Below are positions 26,450 to 40,227 of a stretch of DNA of 64,000 nucleotides, one piece after another. A program made the translations under genes and the position numbers. Under the pieces are notes generated by a model, which was not told where the DNA came from, ran no database searches, and worked only from the letters and a program-made list of their open reading frames with translations. Every line of letters starts with the position of its first letter. Position 1 is the first letter of the stretch. The stretch is from Podarcis gaigeae (lineage: Eukaryota): NCBI GenBank assembly GCA_964106915.2, contig OZ066914.1; one strand, written 5' to 3'.

Positions 26450-26695
26450 AAAAGTGCATTGGGTGAATTTATGGAGCATAAGCCCTATCAGTAGTTTCTA
26501 AGCTAACACAAAAAAGCAGAAGCTCCACATTTAGAGGCAGTTCACCTCTGATCAACAGATGAGAGATAAATGGAGATGACTATCTTTATCATGTCCTGCT
26601 TGTGAGCTTTTCATAGGTATCTTGAGCAATCACCCTTGAAGACAAAATGCTGGTAAATAGGCTTGTCCTGATCCAGCAAGGTCATTCTTATGTCT
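26450..26695 (+). mobile_element. Degenerate CR1 3' fragment
   Basis: aaaagtgcattgggtgaatttatggag ... cctgatccagcaaggtcattcttatgtc. Confidence 0.55.
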
Positions 26696-27667
26696 TTTCT
26701 ACCCTTTCCCTACCTGCATGTATATGCAGATTGGGGTTCTAACACATTGTTTGTACAAGTCATGGAAACAGGGAGATATGGGGAGGGGCTTGGCTTGGCT
26801 TCTATAACATTTGTCTCTTCTTTTTCAGCAGACTAGTTTTAAACTTCCTTTTTGGCACTAAAGCATTGAACTGGAAGCGAGTGAGGCTCTCATACAGATG
26901 TGCCTTTGCATTTTAAGTAGGATGTAAATTCATCAAATGAGATTTGATCGTTTTATTCTGCTTGCTGATCTCTTGAAAACCTCACACCAAAGGCTGCATA
27001 ATGGAAACTGGATCCCCAGAGGTTTTACTTTAATTTATTTAATAAATGGCACCTTTTCATAAAGTCTGGGTCTAGTTTTGAATTTTGTGCACTTACCACA
27101 ATCTCGTTACAAGCTCTGGGAAACATTTGGCCTTAGGAATCTGTGTCTCAGCTCTCCATTCCATTTTCATTGCCTTATTACAAGGACAAATATATTGGGG
27201 TTTTTTGAGGTTTGATAAGAGTTCACCCTTAGTAGCATAACGTTATTTGAAGTCATTTTGGGAAAAGGGGTGATTAAAAGAAAACATGTATCTGCACTAC
27301 TCTGTTCAGCACCTGCAAATAATATGAGAGAGAGAGATCAGGGATCATAGGAATGCTTGTCTCCAAACAGCAACCTCATCGTGAATTCAGTGTTTCAAGA
27401 TATTTCAGGCTGCAATTCTATATACACAAACTTACCTGGGAGTAAGCCCCATTGAAAGCAATGGTACTTAACTCTGAATAGACCCATGCAGGATTGCACT
27501 ATCATTATCAAGTCAGGATGGAAGCCTGGAATCTTGTGGAAATGTTGGTTGCCATCTAATGGTTCTAGGTTGGACAGTCAATGATATCTCAGAGGCTCTA
27601 GTTTACATGCATTGCCACAGTCCACTTTCTTGCTGGGTTAGGTAGGTGGGAGTCCAATATTCAACTA

Positions 27668-27918
27668 CCATATTGGCCCGAATATGAGCCGCACCCAAAT
27701 ATAAGCTGCACCTTTAAAATTCAAGGGCAAAAAAGAAAAAAATACAATACCCAAATATAAGCCGCTCCCTTAAAATTCCACAGGCACTCACACCTGTTCC
27801 GTTTTACTGTATGCCTGTTTCAGCAACAATATTGTAAAATCCAATTTAAGCCGTACTGTAACTTTTCACGGTCGGAATTTGAAAAAAAAAAGTGAGACTT
27901 ATATTCAGGCCAATGCGG
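27668..27918. mobile_element. Tc1/mariner-superfamily MITE (second family)
   Basis: TA|ccatattggcccgaatatgag ... cttatattcaggccaatgcgg|TA; subterminal aatataagccgc repeats. Confidence 0.8.
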
Positions 27919-27959
27919 TAATTGTGCAGCAGAGGTACTGACTACCTATTACCTTGAAT

Positions 27960-28370
27960 TAGAGATGCTGGTTTTAATTTACAAAGTCCTTCATGACCTG
28001 GACTTGGTATATCTCAGATCATCTCTGCCCTTAGGAATCTCTTTACCCAGGTGCCTCTTTATGAGAGCAGTAAGTGGTCCTACCTTCTTGGCAGTGGCCC
28101 CTTAATTCTGGATCACGCTGAGATCTGCCACTGTGCATCCTTGTTAGGGTGTTGCATGAGAGTGTTTTTTTGTTTAGGCAGACTTTCCCAAATAGGATTT
28201 TTACTTGTGTTGCGTTGGCTAATATTGTGTGTGTGCGTTGACGTATCGGTTGGTTATGACTGTTGCTTTAATTATTTTTATGGTGTGATCTTATGGTTAT
28301 TTATATTGTTTGATAACAACTTGAATGTGGTGAGATGATGGAGATTGGGTGGGTGGGGGGTGTATAATTA
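27960..28370 (+). mobile_element. Old L2 3' fragment
   Basis: atgctggttttaatttacaaagtccttcatgacctgg translates MLVLIYKVLHDL (L2 ORF2-like), followed by a T-rich 3'UTR. Confidence 0.5.
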
Positions 28371-30101
28371 AGTTTGCGTGGAACAAACCCTTGGTTTGTG
28401 CTGCATTTATGTCTGGGTGGATAGGGTTATATCAGGTAGACAGAGTCAGTGGACAGAAGTAGTTCACTAGAGATAATTGAGAATCTGTCAGCAGCCTACC
28501 CTGTGCCCAGTTGTGGCAGCTATCCTACTAGTAACTGCTGCAGAAACATTATGTGTGCATAACTCTCAGGACAGGATGTCTACACTGTGCCAGGAAAACC
28601 ATGAATCTTCCTGGTGAGAGCACAATGCCAAGATCTCCTTTATCGATCCTTATGCAACAGCAGCTAACGGAGAGGGAAAGAACAGCAACACAAGGCTAAA
28701 TGAGAACAGGAAAAAAAGATAGTTGCACCTTGAGAAATGCTGCTGACCAGGAGTTCTGCATAATAAAAGGCACAGCTGTGAATCTATTAAGCTCCACATA
28801 ATCACAAACTGGCACATCACCAGAACCACATGGAAACCGGGGGGGGGGGGGGGCGGATTTTCCTAAATGCCTAGAATGCCACTTAATAGCAAGATGTGCA
28901 TGATTAAAAATGCATTCTCTCAATATATATTCCCCCCCAAAAAAAACCCAAACACAAAATGATCATAACAATAATATGAAGACAGGACATCTTGGAGTGG
29001 CCAAAGGTTAAGGAAGCTTCAAAGAGGGAATTTCACAAGGGCAGCTTTTCTCATCTCTGCAGAACCACCTGCACTTCCAGGAATTCCCTTTTCTATCCAA
29101 GCAGCTATTAAACTCACAGGAGCCTCTTCCTCCTTTGAATCTGGTCCCCTGAGGCTGTCATTTGCAACACCTGTCTGGAGCCTGGAAGGAAGCATAGATT
29201 AGCATGCATGAGGCCATGGCTAGTTAAATAGGAATCACAAAAGGTAGCGGTGTAATAGCAATAGTGCAGTGCTCTGGTTTCGTGTCAGACAAAACTCAGC
29301 AGCAGATGTTGGTGCCAGAATTGTACTCCTAATATGCTTGGGGGTTGGGGAAGAAAAGAGGATGAGAGAGACCTGTGTGAACAGCTTTGCTGTGACAGGA
29401 GGCAGCATATAGTTCTTTAACATGGGTTGCCAGAAGGGCATGTAAAAGTACGCAAGGTATTGTCAGATTGATTAAAGAGTGCCTGCTTTCTCTGTTATAA
29501 TCCCTGCTGATACCCTGCACTATTTCACCTAAAAGCATTCAGTGTGGTAGATAATCCATATTAATCTTCAAAACAATAGGAAGTGGGGAAAGGGAGCAAT
29601 GTGAGAAAAGTGGGGGAAAGGAGGACAGGAGGGAATGACAAAGATACAGATCAAAAGGAGGGAGAAAGTTCATTCTGGTGCTCCTGGGAGATGTACATTC
29701 CTAGAACACTTTCATTTAAATGCTCCTAATTATCATGAGCATCTGCAAGTCCTAAACGAGCTGCTCTTTTCATTTGTTCTTTTCAGTTATTTCATCAAAA
29801 GTGTTATACCCCTGCAGCTCCTAGAGACTTGTGCTGAGATTTTGTCTGCATTTCACTGTAAAAATCAGGCTGGCTACAGTTTTGGAATAGCTTCAGGCCT
29901 GGCCCCCACCCACTGCCTTGACATAGCAGTTTGACAACAGAGAAGCAGATGTTAAAGGAAAGGTATAGATAGAGAATGTGGGAGAAAGAAGAACAGCAAT
30001 AGGAAGAAGAGGTGTAGAAGATTCAGACAGAGAATGAGGCAAAGGACCTTTTCAAACAATGTGTGGCAGCAATCCTAGGTTTGCCACAAAGTATAAACTG
30101 A

Positions 30102-30448
30102 GGGATGCAGGTGGCGCTGTGGGTTAAACCACAGAGCCTAGGACTTGCCGATCAGAAGGTTGGTGGTTCGAATCCCCGCGACGGGGTGAGCTCCTGTTGC
30201 TCAGTCCCTGCTCCTGCCAACCTAGCAGTTTGAAAGCACCTCAAAGTGCAAGTAGATAAATAGGTACCGCTCCGGCGGGAAGCATTTCCGTGTGCTTCTC
30301 TGGTTCGCCAGAACCGGCTTAATCATGCTGGCCACATGACCCGGAAGCTGTACGCCAGCTCCCTTGGCCAATAAAGCGAGATAAGTGCCGCAACCCCAGA
30401 GTTGGTCATGACTGGACCTAATGGTCAGGGGTCCCTTTACCTTTACCT
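30102..30448 (+). mobile_element. Full-length Sauria SINE (Squam1) with 9-bp target-site duplication
   Basis: tRNA-like head (gtggcgctgtgggttaaacc; B box ggttcgaatcc) and tail ccctttacctttacct. Flanked by tataaactg at 30092-30100 and 30449-30457. Confidence 0.92.
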
Positions 30449-33400
30449 TATAAACTGGATGGTAAGCTGCAACCAGTTCTAGATTTCAGATAAATGAATC
30501 TCTATGGCACATATGTTTCCAAACACACATATACATTTTTAGATGCACATATTTTTTTTCGGAGTTTTGTTAGATCTAAAAGAATAATAAAGTACAAAGA
30601 AGCACATAGTGCTAGAATGTATTAATCAGACAGAGGCAACTCTGTGCAAACATCTTCACTACACATGCAAATCCATTACTCAAATGATTGCTTGAATAGG
30701 TGGAATAGCCATCACAAATGGAACACCACAGACAGAGCTTTTATTTTACCTGAATCATTACACTTTTCAATGGAAGGAAATTAGCATGTTCACCTGGAAA
30801 TCATGTAGGTTCCCTCCAGACTAGTGTGGGTGTTTGTTTGTGGGTGTATTCTGCAACCTACCAGTGATGCAATAGCAGTCCATTAGTGGTGGGCACAGGG
30901 TGCCTCCCACTTTTATTAGTTGTTGTGTGATGCATCCCCAGTGTTACCACATCATTGTCATCTGGAGGGGGCACAAAAGTGGGACCAAAAATCCTTGGGA
31001 CTTTGTAGTATGAAAAGTTTGCGGGTTTCAGCAGAAAACTGTGGAACATGCACCAGTTGGAAACAATGGCGTACGTTTGACTCAAAACTTTTACGGAACT
31101 GAAAGCAAGATCATAGATAACTGTCCCAATGCCAACCTGAACACAAATCATGATGGATGTGCAATGAAAAGGACACCTGGAGGGGCCCTCAGTGATGGTG
31201 TAGTCATGATTATAGGATTGGGTGTGGATGTGGGAAGCCCAGTCCAAACCAGCACTCAGTTATGAAGTGCTCTTTTTGGTAGCCTTGACCAAGTGCCTAC
31301 CTTGGCCTCACAATCTCACCTATCTCAGTTTTTGAGGAGGAACAGATGTTGTTTGGAGCTCCTTGGGGAAAGGGGCAGGATACAAATGTAACTAATAATA
31401 ATTGACACTAATGCTAGCTAATACATTATTTAGGGTGTTTTAAAAATGTTTTTGCAGAGATGTCTGCTGCTACTGTGTAGCGGCTCTGAGCTACGCACAA
31501 GAGATCTGTCTTCACCGCAAACTTAAAAGGATTTAAACTCTTAGGAATTGCCCCCCAATGAATTGATTTATAACTCACCAAATGTAGGATACGGTGCCAT
31601 GCATTACGCTGCTATGGTTCTCCAGCAGAATTCTCACTACAATTACAATTCCCAGAGCTCTTTTCGGAGTCATATGATGGCCCTCATGGAGCTCCCCCCC
31701 CCCCCCCGGCATGATGCTAGATTGGAAGGGGAGAGAATTGGCTGCCCTCCAAAAAAAATTGGGGCTCCACCTCCTACCAGCCTCAGCCACTCAGGGATGA
31801 AAGCAGTGGTAGTCTGACACTATCCTGAAGGCCACAGGTTCCCCACTTCTGATTTAGGGATAAGTAAAAGTTATGTGCTGTTTGTATTTGTGCAACAAGT
31901 ACTAGTCAACAAGTGGCTCTTTCCCCATTATTGCTATCTCCATGGCAAGAAAACTTGACCTCAAAGATTGCTTTGAGACTCTTGAAAGGATGCTCATCAA
32001 AGGTGGTGAATCTACGGAAGACCATGGGCCAAAGCTAGAGGCAGATGAAATGGCTGGGTTTCCACAATACAATTTCGTTAAATAAATCCAGACCCATCCA
32101 AAGCAATGTAGTGGGACTATCTTTGAAGTTGTTTCCAGTGAGTTGTAGTAGTGTTTGCTTTACACTGGGGAGACCCACCCACAACCACAGAGTTTATTAG
32201 GTGGCCTTGAATCAGTCGTTGTGGCTCAGTCTATCCTACCTCACAGGGTTGTTGTGAATGTAAAAAGGAGGAGGTATGTATGTTGCTGCAAGCTGTTCGG
32301 AGGAAGGGCAGGGTAAATAATAAATAATCATTGATGTCTTGGTGATTAGAACCAAATTCATGTAGCCTCTTCAATAAAAGAATATGATTACAGTTCAGGA
32401 TAGAAGGGCTTGCATTTGTAAAATCTCTGTGACTCTGTTGAAGTTTATCTGCAAACAAACAAAATCCCTTCACTTCTGCAGTCTTGGTCACTGTAAATAC
32501 ATTTTGCAAGAAAATAAGACACTGCAAGTAGAATAAACTAAATAATGAAAACAAATGATATGCTGTTATTCTTAATATAGTCAGAATGCATATTATTCAT
32601 TTTCTGATTGTCAATTTTCAAAATTTAATGCAGAAACGGTAATATACTCCCCCACCTGCAGTGATACCACCGTCCACACCATAGATTTAAAGCATATGGT
32701 TTTTCAAAAGAATCCCAGGAATGTGTGCAGCAAACACACATCTGGATCCCCAACGAGGAGATACTGAGAAAGAGCACTGGGTGGGGAAAGGGTTAAACAT
32801 CCATCTATTTCTCTGCTGAAAGCCAATCCTTTCTGGAGCTGTATTTTTTTCTTAAAAGAAGTTGATTTAGGGAGTTAATATATGCATTTGCATAACAGGC
32901 AGTTTCTCCCTACCGCCTTTTACAGTTCAGTCAACATTAGAAATTTCCTTCAATAGCAACTGTGCCAGGAAGCAGGCAGCAGGCAGAGTCTGTGATAAGC
33001 AAGGAGTATATTTGTAAAAGAACAGCCTTGCAAGGGGAGCAAAATGGAAGATCCCATGTATTTAGAATGCACGGGATGTTGCTGCGTGGCCTGAAATAAG
33101 CTGCAGGCTTTGGAAATTGGCAAGCTGGAATCACAGACCGAATATTTGAACTTGTGGCTTTTGTTATTGCCATCACTTCATTGAGCAATGTCAAGTTCAC
33201 AAGGCAGTAAACACTCAGGGATTTATAAAGGAAATCACTTTTAAAAATGACTTACATGAATTCATGGAAGATTTCTGGAGACACTTGGTCAATTAAAACG
33301 TTTTGCTCTTTCTAGGCAGCTCTGCTGCACTACAGCTTGGTAGGTTTGCCATACATAGTTCACCACTGACACCTGGTGTTTAGCTTGGTTCATTGCAAGT

Positions 33401-33594
33401 GGCTTCAGTTTCTTACTGCAATCTTATGACCTGATGCGAGTCAGTAAGGAAGAGGTACCTAATGTAGTGTCTTCTATATGTTGAAGGCTCTAACCATCAA
33501 CAGTCCAGGTTGATGGGAGTTGTAGACCACAACATCTGAAGGGCATCAGATGGCCTTCCCTGTGCACTAAAGCAGTAACTCACTGCAGTATGAA

Positions 33595-33706
33595 TTAGCC
33601 ATGTTCATGTGTTGCAGCAAAAGCAATAGTCTTGTGGCCCCTGAATGACTAACACAGTTACTATGGCATAAGCTTTCGTGGACCATAGTCCACTTCACTA
33701 TATACA
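33595..33706. mobile_element. Penelope-like element terminal fragment
   Basis: gtcttgtggcccctgaatgactaacacag...ggcataagctttcgtggaccatagtccacttca resembles, from recall, the reptile Penelope pseudo-LTR end. Confidence 0.5.
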
Positions 33707-34251
33707 CTTGTAAATAATGAGATCTAATGGCAATGAAGTGCCAATAGTACACTCTGTGAAAACTCAACTGAAGCTTAAAACGGTATGCAAAATAAACCCA
33801 GTGACTATTCACAACAGCAGTAATTGGTGATACCCTAATCATTCTTAAATTTATTAATGTCTGTAGTGGGACGAGAACCCATAGTCTCTACTTATGCTCA
33901 GAACTGATATAATCAAACTTCTTATTCAGTTCTAATTCAGTAGTTTCATACCGGCGTCTTCTTTGATGATGATGATGATGATGATCACATATCTGACATC
34001 AGGAATGGCAACGTTCAGAAACTCGTGAGAGAACATTTCAGTCTCCCAGGACTCTCTCCTAATGCTGACTTGAACATTGCTATTCTCCAACAAAGGAATG
34101 ATGATTAAGTTATCACAAATTACCGCTGTTGTAACTGATTCCATTGTTTTTTGTGCGTACATTTAAACTTTAATTGTACTGTCACAAGCTGTACGTTTGG
34201 CATTTCATGGTCATGGGACTCTATTGGTCCCCCCCCCTCCTTCCTCTACAC

Positions 34252-34546
34252 CAGTGGTTCTCAAAGGCGTGGCAGGAGAGGGGGGCAAGTGTGGCGGGAA
34301 GATTCAAGGACAAAGAAACATTTCAATGTAGTATAATGTCAAAACATTTTTAAAAATATTTGCAGGAAATGGATAGGTATCGTTTCAAAATGAGAGCAGG
34401 AACATCAAATGATACTGAGGACAATCCTGGTTGTGTTTTCCAATCTATTTCTTATCTGTAAAAAAAAGAAAAAGAACAATCAGTGTAGCACAAGCAATTT
34501 TTTATTCTGTAAGTGTGGCCCAGAGAAAAAAGTTTGAGAGACACTG
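34252..34546. mobile_element. hAT (Charlie-type) non-autonomous element
   Basis: Terminal inverted repeats cagtggttctcaaa / tttgagagacactg (12/14 match). 8-bp target duplication ctctacac / ctctacaa (7/8), close to the NTCTAGAN preference. Confidence 0.8.
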
Positions 34547-35754
34547 CTCTACAACCATGTGTATATAGACCCACTGACAAATCAAAGAAATGCACCTGAT
34601 GAAGGGTACTCTAATAATCCATGAAAGTACTATAGCAGAATAACTTTAGCATATAGAATGTAACTATAGTCACGTCAAGCTTGAGCCATATGTCTACAGC
34701 TTCTGCACACCTGAAAGAATTGCTTAGTGACACTGCTTTTGGATTCTCTCTGTAGAGGCCACCTTCTCTCAGTCACCTATTCCAGAATACAGAGGCACCA
34801 GCAGGGCTGCTCCAGAGCATGCTGCTTTGTTTTTGCAATGTTACTGGTACTAGTGATGTGCAGGATCTATTCTGTAGTAATGAAACCTGAAGTCGAGCTG
34901 CAGTGGCTATAGGTTAAACTGCGTGGGATCTGCATAAGACCTCCATTAGCCTAACCCTATTAATATTAATATACTTACAGCTTCTTGCTGCAGTGGAATC
35001 CTCTGCCAGATTTCACTAGGAGGGATGGGACGCACACACACATATGCAATTGACTACTGACAGCTCCCATAAATACCCATGATCCAGTTGAAATAGGAGT
35101 GCATGACAGGGTTACCACCCCTACTCTGAACTGTATATTGCCCTTTCCATAATGTGCTTTGCTCAGAAGGAGCTTGGAAATTAACCTGGCTGCAGTCACA
35201 AAGGAAGCACATAACAGTGCTGAACCTGGTGAAGTCTTAACTTAGAAGGCCATAGATTTTTGCCATTAGCTGTTAAAGAAATGAAATGTCTTAACTATGC
35301 ACAAATTGTTTCTTCCAGTGCATGACACACAGCCCATGTCAACGGTTAATGCCCCAGTCATCTCCACTCCATCTTCCCCTCCCCATTATTTGCATCTCAA
35401 ATTTTGCAACCAATGGACATAGTTTCCTAGAGGAAGCAGCTATACACATAATGCTATACTGCTCTGTGCTCGCAAGGAAAAGCCAATTAGCACCTACCTG
35501 TCATATCCACCCCCACCCCACCCCGCTACTGACTCACCTGCTCCCATCATCACATTTGCAGTGCTATTGTTCACCCTGCTGGAAGAAGTATATCTGTAGT
35601 ACTGTCCCGATCCTTTAAAGGTAAAGGAGATAGTTAGGAGTCCCAGGCAGAGGAAACAAATGCATATGATGCAGTAGGGACAAATACTAGATGTTTCCAC
35701 TCACATTCTTTGAAACACCAGAAATCACTGGGCAGGCTGTGGCTCTTGCTGTAG

Positions 35755-35967
<213 letters not shown>

Positions 35968-36877
35968 ACCGTGGCCAGTAGTTGCTGCCCAAATTCCCGT
36001 GCCAGAAGCCGCCATTGAGTTTCTAACAGAAGGGACGCAAACAAATAAGACGACACCCATGCAACTCCCTCCGAATGGCAAACGCCACCCCAAACAGATC
36101 GAAGAAACAATCAGGACTCCCCTTGACACTCCTCTCTCTCCCCCCCGCCCCCCAAATAGCCTGACTGGTATGTGAACTTACGTAGCAGAGAGTTTTGCTT
36201 TTACATTTTGTACACAAAGTATTTATTTTCATGATAAAGAAATAGGATTTGATGGTGAGATGGAAACAACACGGCTTAATCGGAGGGGACGGCGGACTGC
36301 GGTGGAGGAGAAACGGAAGGAGTACACCAGTGATCCCAAGATGAAGGCAACATAACCGACCTGAGAGTGCTGAACCGAGAGGATGGGGCAGATTGCCCTG
36401 TTAGGCATGGTGAAATGCAGACCTCTTTCGGGATATACCCCTAAGTCTGTACACAGTTTCAGAAGCTCAAGAGAGGGAATGGAATAATTAAAAAAAAAAA
36501 AGCTTGCTGCTAAGAGTTAGGCATGGCCTTTGCAGAACATATCAGTTGCATTCAGACTGCTTCCAAGTTCTTTCCCTCTCCGCTCCCCACTCTGTGTCCC
36601 CCAACACACAAACACACACCTTTGCCGTCTACATTTTTACCTGTTTTCATATTTATTTGATTGAAGCCCATAATAGCTTGCAAAAATGTTTATAAATCAG
36701 GAAATTTGGGTTCTAGACAGGTTACACTAGCCTCTCCTGACGAATCCTGGAGCCTTCCAGGGTAAATCCCAGAGGGGAGGGAAAAAGTAATGGTCCTCTT
36801 TGGAACCTCATGGAAACACTGAGAATGTAGACAACTTATGGAAAATTTGCATAGATCCTGTATCTCTGTCAACTTTC

Positions 36878-36883
36878 AATAAA
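36878..36883 (+). terminator. Candidate IFITM10 polyadenylation signal
   Basis: AATAAA about 910 nt after the stop, with an upstream TGTA. Confidence 0.4.
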
Positions 36884-38047
36884 AATACCTCTAACCATCA
36901 GACACTGTATACTACAGGTTGTATGTTTCTGCCTCATAATGCCATCCACAGCAGGAGAAAGCTGGGCTTTGTTGACCAATTTAAAGATGGTAGGATTTCA
37001 TTTAATATAGCTTTTGAAACAAGCCGAACCATTCTTTTTAAATTTTACAATATCTAGGTCAGTGTCACAGTGCAAAAGTAAATATTTTTTTCCAACTGCC
37101 CCAAGATAGCATTGCCATTCAGCAGTTTAGTAAGCCTACAAATAATTTGTATTGTTCACTTGATAAATACTTTCATTCCACAGGGGCCGGGGGCTGGAGT
37201 ACTCTAATGGGCAACAGAATTCGTCTCTTTCCCCATAGTGGAATTGTGTCCTTCCACCAAACTAGCTTCAATAGGGCACTTAAAGAGAAATACAAAAAAT
37301 GCAGCTGCTCCAATTTGTTAGTATAGCCCAAACTATTTGGCTGTACTTTGGAGAAGTCAGCGGTTCCGCATCCTGAGCCCAGCCTCGCCCTCTTCTTTAT
37401 AACTATGGCTTTCCTAAGGTCCTTTTGCTTCAATTTAAAAGTACCTTGATTCATGGGTAGTTCATTTGTTTGCCTCCATGGAAGCTTTCACAGGCACTTA
37501 GCAACTGCCAGAAAATGGTCTATTCCAGCTGTGGTCTGGCAAGGGGGCACGGTTTAGGAGCTCAGCATGATGCAGTCTGCTGCTGTGCCCCCACACCATG
37601 CTGAGCTCCCTGCTGCCTTGCCCCCTTCCTATTCCAGTAACCAGCAGCAATGCCTGATGTTCGAAAGCCAGCTTGGCAACACAGACCCCCCCCCCATACC
37701 ACCAGCTGCTACTGTCTCTTTTCCAAGGGTCTGGAATTAGTCAGGGTCATGCTCTGCGGACATATGCATAGCCAATTGTTGGCTCCTCCCCCTTCTGTTT
37801 GTTTTCACCATTTCATGGAGCAGCATGGCAGGCAGCTTTGGAGAAAGAACATAGCCATCTGCCTTACCATTGATCTGAGCATTGATCTATTCCCATTAGG
37901 ACTTAGGATCATTTGCATGGAAACTACCAGTGAGCACCATCCCTTTCCCAATGTATGTGCAATGTATAATTCAAGCCTAGGCAACAGCCGGCTATAGGTC
38001 AGAACACAGCCATTGACAAGTATGGGGCTTAAATAATGAATACACAG

Positions 38048-38315
38048 GACCCTCTGGTGGTTCCCTCCCTGCGAGAAGTGTGGTTACAGAGAAGCAGGCA
38101 GAGGGCCTTCTCAGTAGTGGCTCCCTCCCTGTGGAACCCCCTCCCATCAGATGTCAAGGAAATAAACAACTATCTGACTTTTAGAAGACATCTGAAGGCA
38201 ACCCTGTATCTGGAAATTTTTTATGTCTAATGTTTTACCATTTTTAATGTGCTGTGAGCCGCCCAGAGTGGCTGGGGAAACGCAGCCAGATGGGTGGGGT
38301 ATAAATAATAAAATT
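38048..38315 (+). mobile_element. L2 LINE 3' end
   Basis: Translates LVVPSLREVWLQRSRQRAFSVVAPSLWNPLPSDVKEINNYLTFRRHLKATLY, then the gagccgcccagagtggctgggg...tataaataat tail. Confidence 0.85.
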
Positions 38316-39913
38316 AGTAGTGGTGGTAGAAGTGAGACCAGGTGCCACATCAGCAACACCAGAAGCCACTGAGGACTATTCAATTTGGTGTGAATCCCTC
38401 TTGCACAATCTGTCCCTATAGTGAAATTTCACCATTTACCATGACTTTATATAAAATGGGTGGCAGAAGGTATTATTCATGCTGGTGTTATCCCTTTGTA
38501 TTTTTAACATACTTTCTCCTCCTTTTATGCACCTTAAGTAAGAGGCAGCCATGCTTGTACAAATGGAAGGAAATCAAATATATAACAGACAGGCAGCAGC
38601 GCCGCAGGCACAGGCAAGTCAGCAGAATGAAGAAATGGATACGCGACCAGCATACATAGTTGCATGATGAGAGGGGAAGGACAGGTTACAGATAATAGCT
38701 CTGCGAAGACAAGGATGTCCAAATTCCGTGTTGGCAAAATGCAAGGACAGCATGAGAGGCTGTGTGTGTCCGCATGCAACTAGTCATAGTCACGTGCACA
38801 TTCATATTCAGGGAGCTGGAGAGCAGAGCAAGTGAGAGTATATTCCAATCTCATTAGGCAAATATGGCATATTCACAAAGACCCTGGTTAGCTGATACTA
38901 AAATATGAATAGCTGGAACAGAATACAGATTGGTTTGCACCAAAACAGTAATGCCTACTATCCAGTACTGTATAGTCAATAGCAGTTGTAAGATCTTAAT
39001 AACACACAGGCTTTTTGATACAGTACAACAGCTTCCCCATTCATTGCAATGGAAGGGGTGGGTCTGCACATTTCTTTCCATGCATAGAGCTTCCTATGCT
39101 GCTGGAGCTAGCTGCAGCATACAGAATCCACCTGCATCCCGCCATACACAGGTTTCTGAACCAGACAGAACTAGCTCATAAAACCTAACGCCTTTTGTAT
39201 TAGGGTGTGCTACATGAGGCAAATAGGCTAAACAATTATACAAACTGGTCTCCCCCTGCCGGGTTGCAGACTTTCTCCAGGGAGAAATGTTCTAGCTTGA
39301 TAGGTCTGAGAAAATATATACTGTAGCTGCTGCAGTTGCTGTTGCTGTTGCATTTTTCTCATCCCATTGACGTGCATATTTTTGTTTTACTTATTGCTCC
39401 AGTGATCTGAGAGTCTTTCATGTCTGACTGCTTGCTCCATTTGTCAGAAGGTTAGCATTTCGGAACCCGAGAAGCAGCAAGATGCAGGCTTTGATTTGTG
39501 ATTTCGTTGGAATATTGCTATGCACTTCCCTCTCTAGTCCTTGCCTTTTGCTCTGCAGTGAGGAGTGTCTTTGCAGCAGAAGCTGATTGTTGCTTTCAGG
39601 TTATTGATTAGCAGGGGAAACGGGCCCACCTCTCCTCTGTTCATGTTGCTGCTGTTGGCACTCCTGTGTAAACAGAAGGGGAACAAACCACTTTTTCCAG
39701 TATTGAAGGCAATTACAGAAATATATTAGAAGCAGGAAGCAGAGGGGCGCAACCAATGTCAATTTTTCATTTGCATGTAATAAATATTTGCACAATGAAG
39801 GAAAATCCCAGTCCAAGGTCAGCAGAGACTGCTTTCGTTTCTCATTACAGTCTATATATTTTATAGCCTATATATAGGACTTTGATACAGTTTATCTACT
39901 ATATATTATAGTA

Positions 39914-40227
39914 CAGTAAGCCCGCAACTTATGCACGTTTAATTTGTGTGCATTCAGCNNNNNNNNNNNNNNNNNNNNNNNNNNNNNNNNNNNNNNNNNN
40001 NNNNNNNNNNNNNNNNNNNNNNNNNNNNNNNNNNNNNNNNNNNNNNNNNNNNNNNNNNNNNNNNNNNNNNNNNNNNNNNNNNNNNNNNNNNNNNNNNNGA
40101 GCGTGTGGGGGGAAAAGACTTTGGCAATCCCACCCGCCATTGACCCTAATGTGTTTTGATCATATGCAATTTTGGCTTTAGGTGCCATCTCTAAAATGTA
40201 ACCCCTGCATAAGTTTTGTACTTTCTG
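39914..40227. mobile_element. Probable Tc1/mariner MITE spanning the assembly gap
   Basis: TA|cagtaagcccgcaacttatgca ... tgcataagttttgtactttctg form imperfect inverted ends. Confidence 0.45.
39959..40098. other. Assembly gap (140 N)
   Basis: Run of n characters. Confidence 1.

Noticed and set aside
27407-27500. U1 snRNA-like ACTTACCTGG
   Set aside because: Only the 10-mer matches. It lies in a common palindromic reptile repeat (tgcaattcta...aggattgca) with no U1 body.
39892-40188. ORFs containing X runs
   Set aside because: Artefacts of the N gap.
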